DNA of 64,000 nt, from assembly GCA_965263355.1 (NCBI GenBank), contig CBDHHL010000032.1:1888001-1952000 (forward strand), read 5' to 3'. Below, one piece after another: positions 51,928 to 60,149 of the stretch. Positions within the stretch are counted from its first letter, which is position 1. The number at the start of each line of letters is the position of its first letter. A program made the translations under genes and the position numbers. The notes beneath the pieces are model-generated. The model was given only the letters and a program-made list of their open reading frames with translations, was not told the DNA's origin and made no database searches. This DNA comes from Leptolyngbyaceae cyanobacterium. Its GTDB lineage: Bacteria; Cyanobacteriota; Cyanobacteriia; Phormidesmidales; Phormidesmidaceae.

Positions 51928-53256
51928 TCACCTCCCTTCACTAACTTGCTCATACTCAGAGATAAGACTTTGGAGATTACGCTCTGCTTCCCTAAACTGC
52001 TGCTCATTCATCCCTTCATAAGTATAAAAATCAAAAAACTCTTTACGACGAAATAGCGTATCGAACTCTTCGAGCACTCTCAGCAATAAGATCTGGATTG
52101 CAGTTGTGTTGTTTGCAAATGTTGCAGAATACTCCAGGGCAAACGTTGGAATCTCACACACTAAATTATGAACACTATCAGAAATCGATGAGCGGATATA
52201 ATCAGCATTTTCCACCTGAATCTTGGACATCTGTTGGTCCACGTCTCTGCTCGACATGTCTCCTCTAAAACAAGTATAGGCTTTGAGTAACTGCCCTTGG
52301 CGTGGATCAGCAGCAGCCAGCATATTGTCTACGTTGAACATTTGTGGAACCAGTTCTGGTAGAGTTCTCGCCTCATACTGACGACTCCCAATAGAGAGGA
52401 TCGGGGCAAGCCCTGGCGTAATAAACTTCAAATCAGGTGATGGTGCTAGATTAGCCACCATATCTTTTAAGGTCCAGCGGTCTGAATTAGCAAGTGGTAG
52501 CCTCAATGGAACAGTCAAACCACTTATCGTTTGTGCCACAGTATAGTTGATGTCGTTCCAGCTTGGATTTTGTATTCCAAGTGAATGACGACAAGTATTG
52601 TAAAGGTGCTCATTGTCGAAACAAAAGGTTAAATCAGCATTTTTTATGAGATGTTCGATCCCAAGTGTCGCGTTGTAAGCACTGGTGATACTTTTGTCAC
52701 TAGCCGAACTACAGCCTAACTGAGTGGACGAGGGGAAGACAGAAAATGTGACAATTGGTTTTTCTGGATATTCTTCCTTTAATTTAGAAAGTAACAGCGC
52801 CCCCATTCCAGAGCCGGTCCCTCCTCCCAAAGTATGGAGAAGCATAAACCCTTGAAAATTTCGATAGTCAATCGTATCAACTTCCCGGCGAACCCCTTCC
52901 AAGACCTGTTCAATATATTCAGTCCCCTGTGTATAAAAGCCTTTGGCCCAGTTTTTAGTTGTTCCTTCTGCTTTCGTGAAAAAGAAGTTGTCGGGTCGAA
53001 AAATTTCTGCAAAAGAACCGCTACCGTACACCTCAGTAGTCAGCCTATGGTCTAAATCGGCAAGTATTGCTCTGGGAATATATGCACCTCCTGGTACTTT
53101 ATGACAAAAAATCTCAACGTGTTCTCGTTGCCGTTCATCATGTCCACGCCATCTGCGTGTGTGGTCAATCTCATGTTCACGAAAAAACATTTCCCAAAAT
53201 TTACACCCAATTCGGTTGCCACCTTGACCAAGGTGAATGGTAATGATCTCGTTCAT
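51928..53256 (-). CDS. Beta-tubulin-like protein
   Basis: MNEIITIHLGQGGNRIG, YIPRAILADL, IFRPDNF, NWAKGFY, HTLGGGTGSGMG, YNATL, AADPRQG, FRRK...YTYEGM...AERNLQSLISEYEQ. Likely start 53256 (ORF track starts at 53286). Confidence 0.95.
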   Translation of the reverse strand: MNEIITIHLGQGGNRIGCKFWEMFFREHEIDHTRRWRGHDERQREHVEIFCHKVPGGAYIPRAILADLDHRLTTEVYGSGSFAEIFRPDNFFFTKAEGTTKNWAKGFYTQGTEYIEQVLEGVRREVDTIDYRNFQGFMLLHTLGGGTGSGMGALLLSKLKEEYPEKPIVTFSVFPSSTQLGCSSASDKSITSAYNATLGIEHLIKNADLTFCFDNEHLYNTCRHSLGIQNPSWNDINYTVAQTISGLTVPLRLPLANSDRWTLKDMVANLAPSPDLKFITPGLAPILSIGSRQYEARTLPELVPQMFNVDNMLAAADPRQGQLLKAYTCFRGDMSSRDVDQQMSKIQVENADYIRSSISDSVHNLVCEIPTFALEYSATFANNTTAIQILLLRVLEEFDTLFRRKEFFDFYTYEGMNEQQFREAERNLQSLISEYEQVSEGR

Positions 53257-53292
53257 TGTAAAGCTCTTATTTTCTGTTGTCTGCAATATCCA

Positions 53293-53329
53293 ATAGCAGA
53301 AACTCAGCTCAACGGTGAGTTTCTGCTAT
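53293..53329. promoter_or_regulatory. 14-bp perfect inverted repeat upstream of the tubulin gene
   Basis: atagcagaaactca-gctcaacgg-tgagtttctgctat. Confidence 0.6.
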
Positions 53330-53587
53330 CCAAAAACTTAACCCTGAATTCCTAATGAAGTTGCTCAACTTTTGGCCGTGACGTCCGTTTCAACACTCTG
53401 TTGTACCCAAAGTTGTCTTCTCCTCGAACCAAAACAGCACTCCAGTTATCGAGGAATATCATAGGCTAGCTTATCTGCATCTATTCTATTTCCAATAGAC
53501 CCAATGATCTGAGTCTTAGATTGTTTTTTTGATTTTGTCAGCTGTTGCATGATGGGAGTCCTTTCTTCTTATAAGCAGAAGAGATTT

Positions 53588-54319
53588 TTACACCTGTTTT
53601 TTGAGGATAGAGTTCCAGTTTTTTGAGACGTTATAGCCGTACATATCCTGATAGTGTGTATCGATGCTATAGGCATCAGGATGATTCATTAGCCAGCCCC
53701 TCAACTCAGCCATTCTTCGACTTCCCCGCTGGATTAATTCCTGATCGTCCCAATCATCCCAGACCTCCCACAAAAACTGATTGGTGTCTTCGATAATGAG
53801 ATAATCACCAGCCTGTAACCCATGGTGATGAAAATGTTCAAGAATCCCCAATAGATTATCGTGAACATCCTCTATCACTACCCAGGGGTGGGGCAAGGTG
53901 GCCAACAACGTGGCAGGTAAAACCGTCTCAATGTCTCGACAGTCTCCTTCTAAGAAACGGATCCTGGAATCTGTTTTAGCCGTTTTATGGAGCTGGGACA
54001 AATCATGATCAATGCAAATAACCTGACCAGGAATGTAAAACTGCTCCAGCTGATCTGCTAGCCAAAGAGCACTACCGCCTTTGAGTGCCCCCAGCTCAAT
54101 AATGGTTTTGGGTCGCAGCTCATGCAACAGCATAGGATACGCTGCAATTTGCATGGGATCTTTCTCTAAGAGCACCCCTTTCCATTGTTGTAAATAGCCA
54201 TTTTCAGTCAACGGTCTCCAGGCTGACTTAGGCATATCACAACGATCGTCCCGTTCAGAAATTTTGACAAATCGCTTGTTCTCAACAGTCTCTTGCGTAG
54301 ATGAGTTTGATTTCACCAT
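53588..54319 (-). CDS. CmcI (cephalosporin hydroxylase) family methyltransferase-like protein
   Basis: WKGVLLEKDP, LRPKTIIELG...GGSALW, GDYLIIEDT. Confidence 0.88.
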   Translation of the reverse strand: MVKSNSSTQETVENKRFVKISERDDRCDMPKSAWRPLTENGYLQQWKGVLLEKDPMQIAAYPMLLHELRPKTIIELGALKGGSALWLADQLEQFYIPGQVICIDHDLSQLHKTAKTDSRIRFLEGDCRDIETVLPATLLATLPHPWVVIEDVHDNLLGILEHFHHHGLQAGDYLIIEDTNQFLWEVWDDWDDQELIQRGSRRMAELRGWLMNHPDAYSIDTHYQDMYGYNVSKNWNSILKKQV

Positions 54320-54374
54320 GGTATGTTGGCTGTGAAATGGACTTGGATAATGACATCAAGAGGTAAGCGTCCCT

Positions 54375-54450
54375 TGAGCGGAGTCGAAGAAGCGCATCGG
54401 ATAGGCTGTAGCTAACTCCGTTGGGAACGCTTTACGAACGACTCCGCTCA
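54375..54450. repeat. REP-like inverted repeat pair
   Basis: tgagcggagtcg ... cgactccgctca. Confidence 0.6.
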
Positions 54451-54475
54451 GCTAGCGGGTACAATCAGAGAGATT

Positions 54476-54832
54476 TTACTTATAGGTTGCAGCAAACACT
54501 TTGCCTTCCTCGTCTCCACTCCCGTCTTTATTCCATTTCCAGTTAAAGGCATAAATCCAGTAAACGTAGTTAACTGTTTCGCCAGGATTACCAAACTTAT
54601 GGGGAGTATGGGCAGGTGTTTTGAATAACTCACCAACAGCAGGACGATAAACAGTGTCTCGTAACGAGACTTGCACCTCCCCCTCGATTAGAATAATGTA
54701 CTCATCTGTTTTATGACCTGGGTTAGACCAGAACTCTCCCGGTTCAGTTTTGTACAGTTCACACTTAAACCCCTTGGGTTCCCATTCCTGACGGAGTTTT
54801 TCTAGGCCCAGTTCAACGTCTTGTGTATTCAT
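54476..54832 (-). CDS. Cupin-domain protein
   Basis: GHKTDEYIILIEGE...GELFKTPAHTPH. Confidence 0.85.
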   Translation of the reverse strand: MNTQDVELGLEKLRQEWEPKGFKCELYKTEPGEFWSNPGHKTDEYIILIEGEVQVSLRDTVYRPAVGELFKTPAHTPHKFGNPGETVNYVYWIYAFNWKWNKDGSGDEEGKVFAATYK

Positions 54833-54857
54833 GGTTATTTCCTAAGAGTTGACAACA

Positions 54858-55587
54858 TTAACTTCTTTTGAGGATAGAGTTCCAATTCTTTGAAGCATTA
54901 TAGCCAAACATATCTTGGTAATAGCGATCAATCAGATACTCATTGGGATAGTTTATCAGCCAGTTTTTGAGTACATCTGAGTTTGCTTAGCATCCGCTTG
55001 ATGAAGTCTTTATCGTCCCAATCTGACCAAGCTTGCCATAAATCTTGGTTGGTATCTTCAATAATGACGTAATCACCACTACGCAAACCATTGTGATGAA
55101 AGTAATCTAGGAGCCCGTCTACATTAACATGTACATCTTCTACGATTAACCAAGGATGCTCATAGTTAGCCAGTAACTCTGGCGGTAAAATCTCTTCAAT
55201 CTTGTTACAGTCTCCTTCTAAGAAATGAATGCCGGAGTTGTTTCTAGCCCTTTCATCTAGTAAAGACAGATCAATGTCAACCGAGTAAACCTTCCCATCG
55301 ATATCGAACGCCTTTAGCTGGTCGGCTAACCAGACGGCACTCCCCCCCGTCTCTGCCCCCAGCTCAATAATTGTTCTGGGTTGAAGCTCATAGATTAACA
55401 TGGGATAAAGTGCAATCTCGAAAGGGCTTTTATCCATGGATATACCTTTCCAGGTTTGCAGAAGATAATTTTGAGTCAGGGGCCTCCAAATACTGTTAGG
55501 CAGGGTACATCTATCTTGTCGATTGGTGATGCTTACAAACCTCTCTGGCGTAGAAGATGCTGGATTATCAAAAGACTGCATATCCAT
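54858..55587 (-). pseudogene. Second CmcI-family gene, frameshifted
   Basis: One extra base near 54978. The shifted frame reads DVLKNWLINYPNEYLIDRYYQDMFGYNASKNWNSILKRS*, matching the C-terminus of the paralogue. Confidence 0.85.
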
Positions 55588-55592
55588 GGTAA

Positions 55593-56237
55593 TTAGTCCT
55601 TTTTAAAGGCAAGCAGATGCATTAACGTGGTGTCATCATACATGGGGAATGTTTGCTCGCTGACTAGGGTCCACGATAGGTGGTCTAAGGCTGACTGCAT
55701 TTGCTGGCGATAGTCCTGGCGTATGGTTAATAGAAACAGGCCCTGGTCTTTTAAGAGAGTAAAGAGATTGTCTAATACCTTCGGCCCGGCATGGGCGTAG
55801 GCAAACACTCCAGCCGCAATAATCACATCAAAGCTGATTGAATTGCCGAAGATGGGCTCTTCTAGATTTCCTTGATGCAGATTTTGATAAACCTGCTTTT
55901 CTTTGGCAAGTGCTAACATTTTTTCTGATAAATCGACTGCCGTAAGATTGGTATAGCCTTGATTGGAAAGCGCTTCACCCACTAACCCTGTACCAGCACC
56001 GGCATCTAAGATTGCGGCATTTGGATTATCATTAAGTAGTTGGGCTAGTGTGCGAGCTATGTTAACGGGCATAAAAGACCAATCATTTTCTAAATCTACG
56101 TCGTAGGTATTTGCCCAGCTGTCGTATTTATTTTTTAATTCTTCAATACTTTGACTGCCACAGATCTCAGTTAACCAGGGCCTTTTTTCTAAGAAATCTT
56201 TGGCTTGTTCTTCGGGGCCCTGTTTTTTAGTCTCCAT
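55593..56237 (-). CDS. Class I SAM-dependent methyltransferase
   Basis: YDSWANTYD, ILDAGAGTG, VDLSEKML, FDVIIAAGVF. Confidence 0.92.
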   Translation of the reverse strand: METKKQGPEEQAKDFLEKRPWLTEICGSQSIEELKNKYDSWANTYDVDLENDWSFMPVNIARTLAQLLNDNPNAAILDAGAGTGLVGEALSNQGYTNLTAVDLSEKMLALAKEKQVYQNLHQGNLEEPIFGNSISFDVIIAAGVFAYAHAGPKVLDNLFTLLKDQGLFLLTIRQDYRQQMQSALDHLSWTLVSEQTFPMYDDTTLMHLLAFKKD

Positions 56238-56340
56238 GGCATTACACCTTTACTACGTCTTTAAGAACCTTGTTTCTGATGTTTGACCGAATAATTTTCT
56301 CTTCGTAGATATGACAGTTGTGAAATATTATTATATGCCG

Positions 56341-57357
56341 TTAGCAAACTCCGAAAGTAACCCCTAAATCTTTGAGCCATCTGCGATAGGCAATCGACGC
56401 TTTATCAGCTTCAACGTGTTTTTCTGGAGGCCAGGATGAATCATCTCCTCTGTGAGGGAGCAATGGCAAACGAGATGGCCGTTGGGACTCTAGCATACTA
56501 ATATCTTCTCGCATATACTCTTCTGTAGACTCGTAAAACTGTGAGTCAGGCACGTCATGCCCATAGTTTAAAGCGAACGCTAGCCACACCAGACAGCTAT
56601 CTTCCTCGACAGGTGTGGCACTCAAAACCAAAGACACTCGGTCAGAACTATTCTCCATTTCCCGAATGGAGCGCATCATCAAAGGACTATCAATCGTGAT
56701 TGTCCGCATTATGGCCTTACTCAAGGTTCTAACCCCTGTATAGGTGGCATCCACCTGAAAGAACTGGAGGTTGCTAATGGTTACACCGTTTTCATCCCTT
56801 TTTACATCGTATTTGTCGGTCAGGGGATAGCGAGAATCTCCAATAGTGTTGTCATGTAAAAATGCAACATGGGATAGATCGAAATTATTCTCAATTGCCC
56901 GAAATCCACTAACGTTAAATCGATAGGGACCACATATAACCTGACGATAGTCTGGATTATCCCACTCTGGAAATGGAGGTACATCCTGTTCAGGATTTCC
57001 CAAGCTAATCCAAATAAACCCTCTACTTTCCTTACATTGATAGGTTTTTACACAGGTGTTTGGCAGCGGCTGTGTAGGCTGAGATGGAATATGGACGCAT
57101 TTACCCGTGTTTTCATACTGCCAGCCATGATATCTACACGCTAGGTGATCACCAACTATTTTTCCTTGGGACAGCGCCACCCCCCTATGGGGGCACCAAT
57201 CTTGCCAAGCGAGTATAGGAGATTGTGGAGAACTACCACGCCATAGCACAATATCTTCACCCAGAAGTCTCACTGGTTTGACATCACCTGGCTGAATATC
57301 GTCCGTTTTGCCAATGATGTACCAGTCGTTTACTAAAATTGGATCTATTTCAGCCAT
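56341..57357 (-). CDS. Rieske non-heme iron oxygenase, SxtT/SxtH-like
   Basis: CPHRG...CRYHGW Rieske motif; ENNFDLSHVAFLH mononuclear Fe motif; C-terminal AYRRWLKDLGVTFGVC. Confidence 0.9.
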   Translation of the reverse strand: MAEIDPILVNDWYIIGKTDDIQPGDVKPVRLLGEDIVLWRGSSPQSPILAWQDWCPHRGVALSQGKIVGDHLACRYHGWQYENTGKCVHIPSQPTQPLPNTCVKTYQCKESRGFIWISLGNPEQDVPPFPEWDNPDYRQVICGPYRFNVSGFRAIENNFDLSHVAFLHDNTIGDSRYPLTDKYDVKRDENGVTISNLQFFQVDATYTGVRTLSKAIMRTITIDSPLMMRSIREMENSSDRVSLVLSATPVEEDSCLVWLAFALNYGHDVPDSQFYESTEEYMREDISMLESQRPSRLPLLPHRGDDSSWPPEKHVEADKASIAYRRWLKDLGVTFGVC

Positions 57358-57453
57358 GCTTCACTGTTAATTGTTTCTGAAGTACTCATGCGAGGCCTAG
57401 TCACACCATATTCATGTTCGTAGCTGTATATCCAATACCCACGAATAGCTACC

Positions 57454-58461
57454 TTACGAACACATATTCCCAACCACCTCCACAACCGTATCAGGAGGTA
57501 AACGATTTAGGTGCCAGGCTGTAACTTCTTCCCCTGGTATTAAAATTGGACTACCGGGTGGAATTTTCTTAATGCAGCTGCCGCTGATTCTGCCAAGGGC
57601 CTGATCAAGAGACAATTTCTCTTTTGGTGAAAAGAATGCCTGGTTTGGCAAAACTTTGATTTGAGGACAGCGGCTAAAGTAATTAACAGGGAACGGTGTT
57701 TGGACCGCTTTACCCTTAAGAATAGGAACTGCTGTTGCCAGACATTCTCGAATAAATTGAAAATCTTCTTGACTGTGGTTAAACGAAAACAGCAATAACA
57801 GCCCTTCTTCGTTGGCAAATTCGCCATCTAGACCCAGGTCAAACAAAATATCGGCCAGTTCAGTGCCCAACACGCGATCGCTTTTCAAAAAGATCTTCAG
57901 CGGATCGTTGACATCAGGATCATAGGTCAATAGTTGACCATACGTATCTAACTGAGTGCGAAGACGGTCGCATTCACCAATGGCTTGAGCAAACATTGCC
58001 TTCCCTGCTTCTGAGTACCTTCGCTTGATGGCATCTTCAATACTGAGGATCAACAGGTTACTGCGGGTCGTTGCTTCAAATAAAGGAAAATTTCCTCGAT
58101 ACAGATCTTGATAAATGTTTTTCTCTTTGGCAAGTGCTAACATTTTTTCGGATAGATCCACCGCCGTAAGGTTCTTATATCCTTGTTTGGATAGCGCCTC
58201 ACCCACTAGCCCTGTACCAGCACCTGCATCTAAGATTGCGGCATTTGGCTTATTCTTCAACAGTTGGGCTAAAGTGCGCGCTATGGTGACGGGCATAAAG
58301 GACCAATCTTTTTCTAAGTCTGCATCGTAGGTACTAGCCCAGCTATCGTATTTGTCTTTTAATTCCTCAGTACTTTGGCTGTCACAGATCTCATTTAACC
58401 ATGGTCTTTTTTCTAAGAAATCTGTGGCTTGCTCTCTGGTGCTCTGACCTTTAGTCTCCAT
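57454..58461 (-). pseudogene. In-frame chimera: methyltransferase N-half fused to decarboxylase C-half
   Basis: 58090-58461 parallels 55866-56237. About 57490-58088 is near-identical to 58851-59449. The PLP Lys motif SLHK is missing. Confidence 0.8.
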
Positions 58462-58476
58462 AGAATTACCGCTCCA

Positions 58477-58812
58477 CTAATCTAGGTCTAGGGGGCTGCC
58501 AACATCACCTTTATCCCATCCCAATCCCATAAGGAAATAGTAACGACAAAATGTTTTAACTTTAAAGGTATGGAAAATTTTTGCAGGAATAATAAACTCC
58601 TCTCCAATACTGGGATAGTAGGTTTTGTCTTCAAAAAATACTTCTGCTTCTCCCTCTAGGAAAATCAATACCTCATCCGCCTCATGACCTTCACTTTGCC
58701 ATGCCTCTCCTGGTATACCTGTGAGCAGGTCAGCCTTAAAACCTTTTTTGATCCACCGATTTTTTGATTCCTCTATTCCAATATTTGTTTGTGGATTATT
58801 CATGTTTTTCAT
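58477..58812 (-). CDS. Cupin-domain protein (paralogue of 54476-54832)
   Basis: PGEAWQSEGHEADEVLIFLEGE...GEEFIIPAKIFH. Confidence 0.8.
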   Translation of the reverse strand: MKNMNNPQTNIGIEESKNRWIKKGFKADLLTGIPGEAWQSEGHEADEVLIFLEGEAEVFFEDKTYYPSIGEEFIIPAKIFHTFKVKTFCRYYFLMGLGWDKGDVGSPLDLD

Positions 58813-58814
58813 GC

Positions 58815-60146
58815 TTAAATACACTCCAATCTGATAACTTCAACGGTCGTCTCAGGAGATAAACGGTTTAGATGCCAGGCTGTAACTTCTTCCCCTGGTA
58901 TTAAAATTGGACTACCGGGTGGAATTTTCTTAATGCAGCTGCCGCTGATTCTGCCAAGGGCCTGATCAAGAGGTAATTTCTCTTTTGGTGAAAAGAATGC
59001 TTGGTTTGGCAAAACTTTTATTTGAGGACAGCGGCTAAAGTAATTAACAGGGAACGGTGTTTGGACCGCTTTACCCTTAAGAATAGGAACTGCTGTTGCC
59101 AGACATTCTCGAATAAATTGAAAATCTTCTTGACTGTGGTTAAACGAAAACAGCAATAACAGCCCTTCTTCGTTGGCAAATTCGCCATCCAGACCCAGGT
59201 CAAACAAAATATCGGCTAGCTCAGTGCCCAACACGCGATCGCTTTTCAAAAAGATCTTTAGCGGATCGTTAACGTCAGGATCATAGGTCAATACCTGGCC
59301 ATACTGGTCTAGCTGATCGCGAAGACGGTTGCATTCACCAATGGCTTGAGCAAACAGCGTTTTCCCTTCTGCTGAATAGCATCGCTTAATGGCATCTTCA
59401 ATACTGAGGATCAACAGGTTACTACGGGTCGTTGCTTCAAATAAAGGAATAACGCCCATCACCTGCTCGACTGTAAATCGAGACCCCGTCGGTAAATGCA
59501 ACAATGCGGTTTGCACCAAACTGCCGGTGTATTTGTGCAAACTGTGGGTGACAATGTCAGCATGGGTTGCGATCGCAGATGGCCACGGCCCATCTAAAAA
59601 TGGAAAATGGCTGCCGTGGGCTTCATCTACCACGAAGGCAATGTCGTGCTGACGACAATAATCAGATAGATAGGCCAGATCGACGGTAATGCCTTCATAA
59701 CTGGGATGGGTTAGCAGCAGCGCTGACACACCGCTTATTTCCAGCGCTGTAATGATCTCCTCCGTCGTTGGCATCAACGTTTTGGATGGAATAAAGTAGG
59801 GCTCTAATCCAGCCAGGATGATGCCATTGACAGTGGAAATGTGGCTATTGAGCGCGATCGCAACCCGCCTATACTGAGTACCCAACAACGCACAGGCCGT
59901 CAGCACCCCTTGACTTCCCCCACCCGTCAGCCAAAACGTATGGTTAGTGCCATACAGCTGAGAGAAATGTTTCTCTACATGCTCAGTTCGAGTACGCGTC
60001 AAAAACGGTACATCATACTCATACATCTCTTGACTGAGATAAGCACCTGCATGCACCCGACCCTGGTGTGCAGGGGTATAAAGCTTGGCCTGCACATCAG
60101 AGTTATGGCCAGCAATCACATCATACGTAGAGGCAGACTGGTTCAT
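58815..60146 (-). CDS. PLP-dependent Orn/Lys/Arg decarboxylase family protein
   Basis: YTPAHQG, LTHPSYEG, VDEAHGSH, HSLHK, PPGSPILIPGE. Confidence 0.9.
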   Translation of the reverse strand: MNQSASTYDVIAGHNSDVQAKLYTPAHQGRVHAGAYLSQEMYEYDVPFLTRTRTEHVEKHFSQLYGTNHTFWLTGGGSQGVLTACALLGTQYRRVAIALNSHISTVNGIILAGLEPYFIPSKTLMPTTEEIITALEISGVSALLLTHPSYEGITVDLAYLSDYCRQHDIAFVVDEAHGSHFPFLDGPWPSAIATHADIVTHSLHKYTGSLVQTALLHLPTGSRFTVEQVMGVIPLFEATTRSNLLILSIEDAIKRCYSAEGKTLFAQAIGECNRLRDQLDQYGQVLTYDPDVNDPLKIFLKSDRVLGTELADILFDLGLDGEFANEEGLLLLFSFNHSQEDFQFIRECLATAVPILKGKAVQTPFPVNYFSRCPQIKVLPNQAFFSPKEKLPLDQALGRISGSCIKKIPPGSPILIPGEEVTAWHLNRLSPETTVEVIRLECI

Positions 60147-60149
60147 GGG

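Noticed and set aside
53200..53210. Reverse-strand GGGTGTAAA match as a right-hand integrase arm site
   Set aside because: It is a single 9-mer inside tubulin coding sequence (GCK codons) with no att core nearby.
50458..53256. Calling these genes mreB/ftsA and ftsZ
   Set aside because: The motifs are colinear with eukaryotic actin and beta-tubulin (for example GGGTGSGMG plus the C-terminal helices, not the FtsZ GGGTGTG), and there is no mre or dcw context.
50458..53256. Simple eukaryotic contamination
   Set aside because: There are no introns, the RBS and terminator look bacterial, the context is continuously cyanobacterial, and divergence from canonical sequences is strong. It is not formally excluded without reads.
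53352..53462. 36-aa ORF upstream of tubulin (MIFLDNWSAVLVRGEDNFGYNRVLKRTSRPKVEQLH)
   Set aside because: No RBS or homology evidence; it cannot be distinguished from chance.
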